A stretch of DNA of 54,767 bases, filler included, from Bipalium vagum (lineage: Eukaryota), in NCBI GenBank assembly GCA_037834085.1. It is 3 parts of 3 records of this genome, joined end to end, with 100 filler letters (N's around TTAATTAATTAA, not from the genome) between each part and the next. Parts side by side here need not be neighbours in the genome. Positions count along the whole stretch, not along the records: positions 1 to 18,200 come from JBBMKC010036884.1; 2 more parts are not named here. One strand, written 5' to 3'. The stretch's first letter is position 1, and the number at the start of each line of letters is the position of its first letter. Positions 1 through 10,615 of this stretch are shown here, piece by piece. The notes below the pieces were generated by a model that searched no databases, was not told the origin of the DNA, and saw only the letters and a program-made list of their open reading frames with translations. Made by a program: the position numbers and the translations under genes.

Positions 1-17
1 AATCTAAAAATTTTGAG

Positions 18-720
18 GTGCGCCTTATGCTTAAGTATGCGTCTTATCTAAAGAATTTAGGAAAAATTAAATACATTCAAATAACACAATTATTTAATAA
101 TAAATCTATGTAATCATAAATAAAGATAAAGATTATATAATTAATACAATAATAATTGATAAAATCCATAAAATATCGATTATAATTAATTAATATTAAG
201 TATAGTATATATTTCATTAAGTATATATTTCACCAGTTCTGTCGTTTTTTACTAACACTTTAAAATTAAAAAAGCAAGGTATAGAAAAGATTTTTTTATT
301 AAACTAGTCTCCATTGCTTTCAATGTTGTTTCCATATTAAAAAGGTTTTCTATTCATAATTTTTAAAATCTTGGAATTTTACTGTTGAAAAAGAAATCGA
401 GACCATTTTTATCATCTTCATGGGATTAAATCCTTTGTGCATCTATTTTAAAAGATGATAATCAAAAGGTAAATCATGAACGTCGATTGTTAAATCGATA
501 ATATAATAGTTAATTGTTTGATATTATTTCTGATGAGATCATTGAATTTAATTGGATCCTCAAGAATAACAATGTGCTGATGTATTCAAAATTTAAAAAT
601 TTCCCGGTAACAAAATTTCAGAGTTCTTTTTTGGATAGATTATCGAACTGTAATACAAATCCAAAGTTTTATGCTATTAAGCTTATTATTTCCAGATATA
701 CTTGCTTAAGTAAAAAATGA
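18..720 (-). mobile_element. Heavily decayed pogo/Tigger-like DNA transposon remnant
   Basis: Repeated GCGYCTTAT motifs at 18-48 resemble pogo-family subterminal repeats. The minus strand gives only faint transposase C-terminal similarity (AMETSLIKKSFLY). Confidence 0.3.
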
Positions 721-1262
721 ACCGAAACCAAAGAGTTCATCAAAAATAATTCAAAAATCAAGATTATCTTAGCCGTTTTTAGTGATTGTATTGGCCTAGT
801 CAATTTTGAAGTTATTCCTGCTTGTCAAACAGTAAATAAGGAATATTTGAAAGCCATACGTCTTTTGAGAAAAGCACTTTGTAAAAAACGACGGATTCTT
901 GAGTAAACAATTCATGGATTTTACACCATGATAATCTAACATCTCTTACTGTCATCATTATTCGTGATTTTTTGGCCAAACATCAAACAAAATTTATTAC
1001 TCAAGCACCATACTCTTCTCATATGACCCCGTGTGACTTCTTCCTTTTCTCTCGGATAAGGTCACTTCATTGGCATGGTTTCGAGTCAGTAGAACAAATT
1101 AAAGAAAAATTCAGACTATTTCGGAAATGGAATATAAAACGGCTTCGACGATTGTAAAAAACAAATATGTTGCACTACCTGGGGACTACTTATCAATCAA
1201 TACCATAAATTTTGATAAGCAAATAAGTATTTTGTGTTTTGAAAATTTTTGAACACTATCAA
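721..1262 (+). mobile_element. Mariner transposase pseudogene, 3' half
   Basis: Translates to SKIKIILAVFSDCIGLVNFEVIPACQTVNKEY, NNSWILHHDN and QAPYSSHMTPCDFFLF (mariner HDN and YSPDLAPxD motifs), with frameshifts and stops. Confidence 0.9.
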
Positions 1263-1619
1263 TATAATATTTCTGAAGTGTAAAGTTCTTATATTTCCAC
1301 TTTAATAAAGTATAGTTATTATTTAGATAACTTTAACGTGTAATTAGTTTATTAAGTATATATAACTGGAAATTACTCAGTTTTTTTCGAGTGCCTAGGT
1401 TGTTTAGTTTCTATTGCGCAGAATACTAGAATTTGAGTAGAATACAAGCAGGATCCGAGCTGAAGTCCACAAAATTGAGTATTATTTAGGATAAAAATAT
1501 CGATTTGTATAAAATTCGTTTTTATTAAAAACTTATTATAATTGTGAATCATTGTATTATTCAATAATTCATTATTGAAATTTGATGAATTTTTTTTAAA
1601 CTAGCACCATTTTATTGTT

Positions 1620-3200
1620 TCAGTAAGAAAGTACAAGGATATAAGAAAATCTTTTTTTAATAATTTGTCGGTTTTTGTGTGATCAATAAAATTTATATTA
1701 TTACCGAAAGAAGTAAAATTTCTTGCACATATAATACACAAAGAAGGGATTCGAACAGATCCAACAAAAATTGAAGCTCAAAAATTTCGAAAGGCCAAAA
1801 TTTATTAATGGGATATGCAACTACTATAGAAGATTCATAAACAAATATTCAAAGAAATCGAGGGCCTTGGAGAAATTGTGTGGAGGCAATAACATAAAAT
1901 TGGTATGGTCTGAAAGTTGTGAGAGAGTATTTTGCGAGATGAAGGAGGCATTAACTAAAGCGCCTATCCTAGGATTCCCGGATATAAAAAAGACATTTAT
2001 TCTGGACACGGATGCCAGTTTCAATGCAATTGGACACAAACAGATAGTTATGGAAATGAAAGAGTTATTGCGTATGGATCTCACGCATTGTCAGCGCATG
2101 AAAAAGGTTACTGCATCACAAGGAAAGAATTACTGTCTATTTACTATTATTTACATTATTTATATGGAAAAAAATTCATGGCAAGAACAAATCATAAAGC
2201 TGTCGTATTTATGAAAAAGATAAACAAACCAATAAAGCCGTAGTTCCAGACGTTGATGAACTACTTAAGTAGTTTGGATATGGATTTGATATATAGACAG
2301 TGTGATAAGCACACCAATGCTGATATGCTTTCAAGAATTAGGTGCGAAATGTGCAGCCAATGTCAAATGCACCACAAAGATCCGAAGACAGAGAAAATAA
2401 AATAAAGGCAGATTAATCAAATTATGAAAATAGATAGGTAGATGTAAATAGCAGGATGGTGTAGCGGAAATCAAGACGATCAAAAAATATTCTAGAAAAA
2501 AAGGTTATGAAATTTCGAATGGAAAATGATGTAGTGAAAACAGGAGGAAAGATTTGGATCCCAAAAGAAAAACATGCATGATAAAAGAAATGCATGTTTT
2601 ATTAACACATGCTGAAGCAGAAAAAATTCGCCAGCTGCATTATCAATAACTATGGCCTGGAAGACCTGAATAATATCACGGCAGAGGTACTAAAACAATG
2701 TATGCCTTTCCAAAAGAATAAAGTAAACACCACAGCAACGAAAGAGGCTACAATTATCTTAAGTGCAAAATGTCCATTTGAAAAAAATTATATTGATATA
2801 TGTGAACCATTTCGAGAAACAATGGACAGGCGAAAATATATATGCGGAATAATAGATCAATATATTCGATATGTAAGTTTGACGGCATCAGTAAACAGGA
2901 TAAAGGAACTATAAAAAAGTGATAATGAAAACGCGAATATTGAGATTTGGAGAGCTAAAGGAATTTCATGTAAACAGAAAAAACGTTTGAATATAGAAGC
3001 TTCAAAAAATCTAATGGACTCAATGAATATAAACTACACGTCTCGAGTCATCACAATACGAATGGAATCATTGAAAGATAATGTCGTACGATCATAGATT
3101 GCATTAACGCTTCAGTAGATGATGATGGTTGGAAGAATTGGAGCTCGAAGTTACTAGATATTGAATATATGATAAATGCAACAAAACAAAAAATGCAACA
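1620..3200 (+). mobile_element. Ty3/Gypsy LTR retrotransposon pol fragment (RT end, RNase H, integrase), degenerate
   Basis: Motifs in order: EVKFLAHIIHKEGIRTDPTKIEA, LTKAPILGFPD, FILDTDASFNAIG, VIAYGSHALSAHEKGYCITRKELL, HTNADMLSR, then integrase remnants IDICEPF/GIIDQY and NTNGIIER. RT-RH-INT order indicates Gypsy. Confidence 0.9.
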
Positions 3201-3617
3201 AAACCAAGGTTTTTTACACAGTTACTTTTGCAACATGAGGTTCAGTATTATTATTATTATTATTCATCAATCCTGGGTATTTTTGACATGATACCGCATT
3301 GATAGGTTCTCCATATGCCAAGAAATAATAACAAAATAATAAAATAAAGTTTTATTTAAAAAGATATACATATCCTAAAATTATAAAAATTTTATCGAAA
3401 TTTATTTTATCTTTAAGGCTTTTATATATAGAAAAGCATAATATTTTTCCTTCAACTTTATATTTTAATATAATATTTTATTTAAAAATAGCAAACCAAT
3501 TACAATTATTTTTATAACTATTTTGCTGTCTGTTAAAAAAGGAACTGTGAAATTATTGATATCATTGAAAAGCTTCTTGGAATCAGGAATTTTTTTTCAA
3601 CATTCTTTTGAATTTAG

Positions 3618-3938
3618 CATTGTCACTGTTCGAATAACAGCTATTCGAAAGATTTATTCCCTATATGTACCGAGCTGCAATCAATTTTTATATTGGACAA
3701 TTCACCGGGTGCATACAGAGATTATCCAGGTTGAACATTTTACAAAATGAATGTTGAAATAATCTCTAATTATCCTTTTCCAGACAATGCTATTCCAATC
3801 AAATCCTGGTTCTCTGATCCAAAGGATACGGAGCTGTTAAACCTATTACCTATTTTGGATGCACTTAGATTTGTTAAGGATGTCCGAACAATGTTAAGTC
3901 GAAATCTCCATCGACATCCGAGTAATATACAATCGTGA
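3618..3938 (+). CDS. CTDNEP1: CTD nuclear envelope phosphatase 1 (Dullard), last two coding exons: 3618-3729 and 3784-3938
   Basis: Spliced across a 54-nt GT-AG intron, the exons read [88 protein letters not shown], matching the conserved CTDNEP1 C-terminus. Upstream exons were not found in the window. Confidence 0.93.
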
Positions 3939-4609
3939 TGATTTTCTTTTTTACCATAAATAAATATAAAGTTAAAGCAAGCTTATCAAAATTTTCTGAC
4001 TAAAAATCACAGTCCTTTCATCATTTTTTAATTGTAGAATTATTTAAAGTATAATCAATTATTAAAGTCTCGGAAAGAAAAAATGTATTTTGACTTGAAA
4101 TTTTTAAGTGTTAGTATTTTCGTTTTGTATTAAAACATGTGCATATATTGGTGGTTAATATTAATTTAATGAATTTTTGACAGTGATTAGAATTCATTCT
4201 AAGTTAGCTTATGACCACAGAAAATGCTGTTTTATTTCACAGAGAGGTTAAATTGTAGATAAAAACAGTTGGGTGAATTTAATGGAAGATTATTTTTGAT
4301 AAATGAATATAAGCTTTTATAAGTCTAATTTAATAAAAATTGACCCAAACCCAAACTCTAATATTTAATTTAAAAAATTAATAAAATATAATTTCAATGA
4401 AATAAAAATGGTGTATTAATTCCACAATCAAAAACTTCTTTTTTCTATTAATTTTATTTTTTTTTACAATTTTATATTTATAAATAAAAGGATTTTCAAT
4501 TTTGAAACTCAATTATTTTTATGTAATATGCATTTTATTATTATAAAAATGACGTAAGCCAAAAAGAATTTATTTTATGTTTCTAATAAAATTTTTCAAA
4601 CCATTTTAT

Positions 4610-4770
4610 TATAATGACTGAAAAGATTAAATTGATTTTAATAATTCAGACAAGATTTATTTATAAATCAATTTTAAAGTTTCATTTCATTTTATTTTCA
4701 TAACAGAGCTGGATATGATTTTCATTTACTTTTTAAGGAATTAATAACAAAATATTCATGTGATTTAAAA
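4610..4770 (+). pseudogene. Protein-primed DNA polymerase B fragment (Exo II region)
   Basis: 4690-4743 reads FYFHNRAGYDFHLLFKEL, the pPolB ExoII motif FHNxxGYDxH. It is preceded by frameshifted IMTE..D*IDFNNSDK. Confidence 0.7.
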
Positions 4771-4830
4771 TATATTTATATTTTATTAATTGTACGAATG
4801 ATTGACAGCAATTAATGTCTTAATTGTCTT

Positions 4831-5234
4831 GTTTTTACCATTGAGTTTTACCATTGATTCCTATTCTTGGAGCTATCTTTGCAGGCTTAGGAGCACCTGG
4901 TGGAGTTGCTGGAGGAGTAGCAACAGCAGTTCAAAAATCAAAAAAGGCTCAAAAAAGTAATACAGAGAAAGAAAAGATTGAATTTGAAAAAAAGAAGCTA
5001 GAAATGGAAGTGGAAAAACTTAAACCTAAAGAGGAACAGAAATATGAAGCAGGTTTATATTATGACCAATATTTTAGAAAAGGATTAAAAGATACAATTT
5101 AAAATTATTCTGAATATAAAAGTTTACAGAAATCTGAAAGGAAAGATTTAAAGGAATTATTACAAAAACTTTGTAAAAATTAAAATTATTAAACAAGGAA
5201 ATTGTTTATATTTTGACTCTTACGAGAAAAGTAA
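4831..5234 (+). pseudogene. Polinton pX/core-like protein with amphipathic Gly/Ala helix and coiled coil
   Basis: Reads (F)LPLIPILGAIFAGLGAPGGVAGGVATAVQKSKK, similar to Polinton GGFLPLIP...GGAAGIA proteins and adenovirus pX. Downstream are AGLYYDQY and a frameshifted GNCLYFDSY. Confidence 0.65.
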
Positions 5235-5542
5235 ATTTAGAGCCGAAGGCTCGTTTTTCTAACTAAAAATTTCCCAATAATATTTTTTTCGGAAACTCAA
5301 AATGTAATTTTAAAAATGATGTTCTTATTTTTTGTGGTTTTTATCATGATAGATTTTTGGATTATGACTGGAGAGATGTAGCTGAAGAATTTAATTTATC
5401 TTATAAAGAGCTAATGAAACAATTAAATTTGAACAAAATAATGATGTTTACTGAATATTTAGATGATGATGAATTATTTATTGAACATGATTAGAAAACT
5501 TAAACGAAAAAATCCAAATATTTAAAATTTTATTTTTAAAAA

Positions 5543-6012
5543 ATGTCTCGATTTAAGATTGTAAAAACAAACACATTACTAGAATTTCTCTGTAAATATG
5601 GAATTAACTCAACTACATATTTTGATTTAATAGATATTGCTGAGAATTTAGAAATACCATTAAGTTTTAATGAAAGATTAAGTAACAGAAAAAAATCAGA
5701 AATTCCATTAATTATTAATTATCAAAATAAAAATCAATACAAATACAAAAAATCAAAATAAATACAATTCATTGGGTTCATTTTTTCTTTTTTTCGGCGA
5801 AGCCTCGTAAAAAAATAGGATACTTTTTTGATTCTTATGGTTAACCACCACTTGAATATTTAGAAAACATGTTAAAGAATATAAAAAATTTGATTTTCAG
5901 TCTATAAAAAAGATTTAGAGTACTGTGGACAATTATCTTTATATATTTTATATCAACTTTTTCAGGGAAAATAATTTGAGGAAATTTTAGAAGATTTGAA
6001 ATGTTATTTTTG
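5543..6012 (+). pseudogene. Adenain-like (Polinton PRO) cysteine protease
   Basis: IINYQN...IHWVHF (His at 5770)...GYFFDSYG*PPLEYL...DFQS...EYCGQLSLY gives the His-Asp-Gln-Cys motif order of adenoviral-type proteases. One stop and frameshifts. Confidence 0.85.
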
Positions 6013-6050
6013 AGAAGTTGAAACTAAAAATTAAAAATTAAATTAAAAAA

Positions 6051-7075
6051 ATGCAAGATGTTTCAGGCAATAAAGTTTTGTTAATATTGCTGAAAATATT
6101 GAATATATTTATACTAAAACTAAACCTCCAATTTATTATGATGATAATGATAATGAAGAAATAAATGAAGAAATTAAAAGTATTCAAAATGACTCAGAAA
6201 ATAAAATTTTAAATGTTACTGGAGATTCAATGAAAGGAATTTTAAATATGAATAATAATAAAATAATAAATATTCCAAATCCTACTGAAGATAATGATGT
6301 AGTAAATAAAAAGTATACAGATGATAAATTAAATATAATAAGAAGTGAAAAAATAATTAATGTAAATGATAAAACAATTAATATTAAAAAAATTTGAAAA
6401 TGACTTAAATGAATTAAATATAAAAATTGAAAATATAGAAAAAGAATTCCTTGATAAAAAACTGAAATCGAAAAAATATATTTCAAAACTGAAAATCTTT
6501 TTTGCAGATGATTATAAAAAATTAAATGAAACATTTAAACCAAATATTTGGCATTCATTTTGGAAATCATTAATATCAAAAAGTATAAATGCTTTTGGTC
6601 TAAATATCACTGCAAATAATGATGGATATTTATTTGGAAATATTTCTAATTCTTTAATTGAACCTTTTACAATAATATTAGTGGCAGAAAAAATTAATTA
6701 TAAAAAAGATAATATTATAAATTTTAGAACAGAAAATAAATATCATGTTTTGGTTGGTATAATAATAATAGGAATTATTTTTTGTTAATGGAAAATCAAT
6801 AGGACGAACAGAAGTAACAGAATCTAAATTTGGAACCGATTTAATATTTTTAAAATGTACTAAATCATTGACTTTTCTAACACATTCACATGTTTTCTAT
6901 AATTCAGAAAACAAATATTCAACAATTTTTCCATCAAGTAGTATGAATTTCAATTTAATTCAAAAAAAATAAAAATTTATGAAATCCTAATTTTTAAAAG
7001 AAGTTTATTTAAAGGTGAAATGGAAGAGATTGAAATTTTTATGAAAAAGTTTTATCCAAAGATACACTACACTGT
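6051..7075 (+). pseudogene. Polinton fibre/tail-fibre-like protein
   Basis: Starts MQDVSGNK and contains GDSMKGILNMNNNKIINIPNPTEDNDVVNKKYTD, a repeat type seen in phage tail fibres and Polinton accessory proteins. Frameshifted. Confidence 0.55.
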
Positions 7076-7160
7076 AGCGTTTTGAGACTTCGTCTCAATT
7101 CTTTACAATGTAAAATATTAAAAAAAATCTACATTTTGTTTTCAAAATTTATATTAAAAA

Positions 7161-7765
7161 ATGGAAATTGAAGCAACTGCTCCTTTTAAAAAACTTTATC
7201 CAAATTTAAAAAATAAATTTATTTATGAAGATTCTAATCCTTTAAAAAAATTAAAAATTTTATAAATGAAAAAAAGGTTTTAGAAGACTTATTAACACAT
7301 TATAAAAAATTAAAATATACAAAAATAGATTCTCATTTAAAATTAGGAACAAATGTTATAAGAGGAATTGTTGGAGTTGAATCTGCAATAGTGACATGAG
7401 TTTCTACTTTAGGTATTGGATTAGTTATTTATATTCCAATTGGTGCTTCAATTTTTACTGCATTAAATTAATTTATTACTGAATCAATTAGTAAAAATAG
7501 TAAAAGTAAAAGAAAAAAACTTTATAGAGAAATTTGTGAATCAATAGAAAATTCAATTAGTAAGCTTTATATTTTTCAAATGAAAGCATTAGAAGATAAA
7601 ATATTAAATAATGAAGAAATTGAACAAGCAAAAATAATTAATAAATGTAAAGAAAAAATTAAAAAAATAAAAAATGGAAATATTATTGAAAATGTTAAAA
7701 ATAAAACAAAGAAAGAATTGAAAAATGAATTGAAAAAAAAATCTAAAAAAGTTAAAAGTTTATAA
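7161..7765 (+). pseudogene. Polinton coiled-coil/transmembrane accessory protein
   Basis: MEIEATAPFKKLYPNL at the N-terminus, a hydrophobic VSTLGIGLVIYIPIGASIFTALNYL segment, then a Lys-rich coiled coil (MKALEDKILNNEEI). Confidence 0.5.
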
Positions 7766-7989
7766 AAAAATTTATTTTATTTTTAAAAAATGAGTGCTTT
7801 ATATAATGGTAAAACTTTTGAATTAAATAAAGTTTTATATTTATTAGAAATTTTTCCTATTTTAAAAATATTGAAATTCAATCTCTTCAAGATATTTATG
7901 ATTTTTTGAAAATTGCATATTATGAATTTCCTTGAAAATAATTATTTAAATTTTTTATTTTAAAATCACACTTGTGGTGCTACTATTTT

Positions 7990-8250
7990 TTTTCAAAAAA
8001 TCGAAATTGGTGCAAATCAAAATTCAATCGATTTTAAAAAAAGAATTGATATATCAACAAAATTACAAGAAGTAAAAAATAAATTTGAAACTAATCAATT
8101 AAAGCAATGGAAAGAAGAAAGAAGACTTCAACAAGATTTAACAATTTTCATAAACCTGTTACTGATGCGGTTAATAAATCTAAACAATAAACAAAATTTT
8201 ACAAAACGAAAATGAAAAAGTTAATAAAAATCTTCTATTTTAACTGAAGA
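7990..8250 (+). pseudogene. Fragment of a conserved Polinton coiled-coil protein (KP[VI]T motif)
   Basis: KKRIDISTKLQEVKNKFETNQLKQWKEERRLQQDL..FHKPVTDAV resembles the FKPIT-containing N-terminus of a common Polinton ORF. Confidence 0.4.
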
Positions 8251-8299
8251 AATTAATGAACAAAACAAATCGAAACTAAAATTAAAGATGAACAGCAAA

Positions 8300-9108
8300 A
8301 AATTTAAATAAAAATGGAAATTTAACTTTTAGTTTATTACAAAAAGCAGATGCTTTAGATTTATCAGAAGCAATTTTAGTTTTTGAAATTGAAATAACAA
8401 ATATAAAAGCAGATGAAAACATTACATTACAAAATAACTTTTTTCCTTATTTATTTTCTAATGAAATTTTAAAATTAGGATCAACAGAAGTAGAAACAAT
8501 TGATTATTTAGGAACTTCAATTTCAATAACAAATTTTGTATTAATTGATAAAAATAAGGATGGAGAAATTTTTGGATGGATTCCTGATAAAATAAAGAAG
8601 GTCCAAATAAAGATAATAAAAGATTTAAAGCAAAAAAAATATCAATTTCAAATAAAAAATTTATTGGTGAATAAAATAAATAAATAATTTATTAAAAAAT
8701 TATAAAAAATTTACTTCATTTAAAATTAATGTTTGGATTTTTATAATTTTTTAATAGTTATATATAATATGCAAGGAGAATTAACTTTTACAAGAAAAAT
8801 AGATATTGATAAAGAAATATTTTATGGAACAAACCAAGATGGAAAAATAAAATTACTTGATTTAAAATTAATTTTTCCAGAATTACTATAAATTCTGAGT
8901 GAATTACAATTAATTTCTAGAATTGATGATGGAAAAAATATAAATGTAAATTTTTGATCAAGACATTGTGAAGAAAGAAATTTAACAGAAGGAACAACTC
9001 AAACTTTACAATTATGTAATATTCCAAATCAACCAATTTAAATTTTTATTGGATTTAGAGAATCCGAATTTGAATATACAAAAAATAATTTCCTTAATAT
9101 AAAATAGA
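8300..9108 (+). pseudogene. Polinton double jelly-roll major capsid protein (MCP), truncated
   Basis: NLNKNGNLTFSLLQKADALDLSEAILVFEIEIT...ITLQNNFFPYLFSNEILKLGSTEVETIDYLG...GWIPD...LKLMFGF...ELTFTR...KIKLLDLKL...PI*IFIGF follows the Polinton MCP motif order. Confidence 0.75.
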
Positions 9109-9120
9109 TTCATTATTATT

Positions 9121-9943
9121 ATTATAAACTATAATTCTTATATTTAAAAAATTTTCAAATTGTTTTAAATCATCAATATTATTTCCAGTTTCTTCAATTT
9201 ATACTTGAGCTATATTGTGTAATTTTATTACCCATTCTTCTTGAATTGGATCACCTCTTCTAATATACCTCATTTTATTATCACGTTCGGAAAAGTTAAA
9301 ATAGCTTTTATTTGTAAAATTATCATAAGTTAAAGAAGTTATTATTGATCTTGCTAAACAGATTGTATCATTATTTTGAATTATGTTAATAGAATTCTGT
9401 GCAAAATTTTGAATTATTAAATTTTTAGAATTTTTTCCACTATAAGATACATCGTTTCTTCCTTTTCATTGATGTTTTGGTATAGTTAAAAAATTCAAGT
9501 TACATCTTCAATATTTAATGTTTGTTCTGATTGTAAAATTTTTTCTAATCTTGTAAATAATCGATTTACTATTCCTTTTTTAAGTAAAGGAAAACAACTA
9601 TATCCTGAATAAATTAAAAGATGTAAAGGTGTCAGTTTAACATTATAATAATTATTATTTTTTGTAATGGTTTCTAAAATACGATTTAAATAATTAGTAA
9701 AAGTTCTTTCTGTAATATCTTTCAGAGAAATTTTAAAGTGATAAACTATACTTAAATGTTTTTTATAATAATGGGAATTTAAATAAGTTATTTTATTACC
9801 TTCAAAACTTATAAATTTTAGATTATAATCATTATGAAATAAATCGTCAGGAAAAGAACATTCTTCAAAAGGTAAAACATTTTTATAGCTTGTCATTCAT
9901 CGAGATTGATGATTGAATTTGCTTGTGTGTTTCGAGTAGACAT
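9121..9943 (-). pseudogene. pPolB N-terminal (terminal protein/vOTU-like) region, truncated
   Basis: ORF 9495-9896 (...RLFTRLEKILQSEQTLNIED) is followed by NSINIIQNNDTICLARSIITSL...RRGDPIQEEWVIKLHNIAQV*IEETGNNIDDLKQFENFLNIRIIVY, typical of a Polinton pPolB N-terminus (IxNxDxxCLARA). Confidence 0.75.
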
Positions 9944-10057
9944 TTTTTAAGAAAAAAATTAATTTTTTCAGTTTTAAATTTTTGATTTTTTAAAATTTTT
10001 TTATACTCAACTAAAAATATTTATTTGTCCCCAGTACAATTTTTTAGACTTTTTCTT

Positions 10058-10240
10058 TTATCTTCCTTTTCTACATTCTATACATTTATTTCTCCTAACT
10101 TCAAAATCTGATAAAGGTAGACATTGATTACAATAATTAAAATTTTTATAAGTATTGTTCTCATATTTTTGTTTTGTATTTTGATAATTATTAAAATTAA
10201 TATTATAACGACATCGTTTACAATATTTTCTTCCTTCCAA
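10058..10240 (-). CDS. Small Cys-rich (3x CxxC) hypothetical protein, probably Polinton-derived
   Basis: YCKRC...YCNQC...KCIEC, upstream of and co-oriented with the pPolB fragment. Confidence 0.35.
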   Translation of the reverse strand: MEGRKYCKRCRYNINFNNYQNTKQKYENNTYKNFNYCNQCLPLSDFEVRRNKCIECRKGR

Positions 10241-10329
10241 GTCTTATTGTTATCAATGGTTATTGTTAGCAACGAGATATAAATCACAGGTTATTGTGAT
10301 ACTCCAAGGTTATTGTTTGTACTTAAAAT

Positions 10330-10615
10330 TCTTTTGATTAATCTTTCAGATCTTGCTGATAACTTTTGGGTCTTCCAATGTGAGCTAAATCCTTTTATGA
10401 TTTATCATTCTCAGAGCCAATAATCTGTGGAGACTGCCCATGATCAACCCATCCTCAACCAACATGTCTAAGTCTGTGTTCAATTCAAACAAATGACAAT
10501 CCTTGATATTTGACTTTATCTTAATAACTCTTGTGTGATTATTGTGTTATGATGCCAATTATAAATTTATATTAATATTCCTATTGGTTATGATGTCAAA
10601 TCATCTTTGATAAAA
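10330..10615 (-). mobile_element. Penelope-like reverse transcriptase fragment
   Basis: Minus strand gives FDI... and VEDGLIMGSLHRLLA (QxxGxxMGSxxS RT motif), degenerate. Confidence 0.5.

Larger units (their letters stand above)
4600..10250. mobile_element. Degenerate Polinton/Maverick (adintovirus-like) endogenous viral element
   Basis: Intronless cluster of disrupted ORFs: pPolB fragments, pX-like protein, adenain-like protease, fibre-like protein, TM protein and major capsid protein. No intact TIRs, integrase or ATPase were seen. Confidence 0.85.

Noticed and set aside
3523-3750. 75-aa ORF and the MNVEII start of ORF 3747-3938
   Set aside because: Wrong frame or intronic. The true CTDNEP1 exons are 3618-3729 and 3784-3938.
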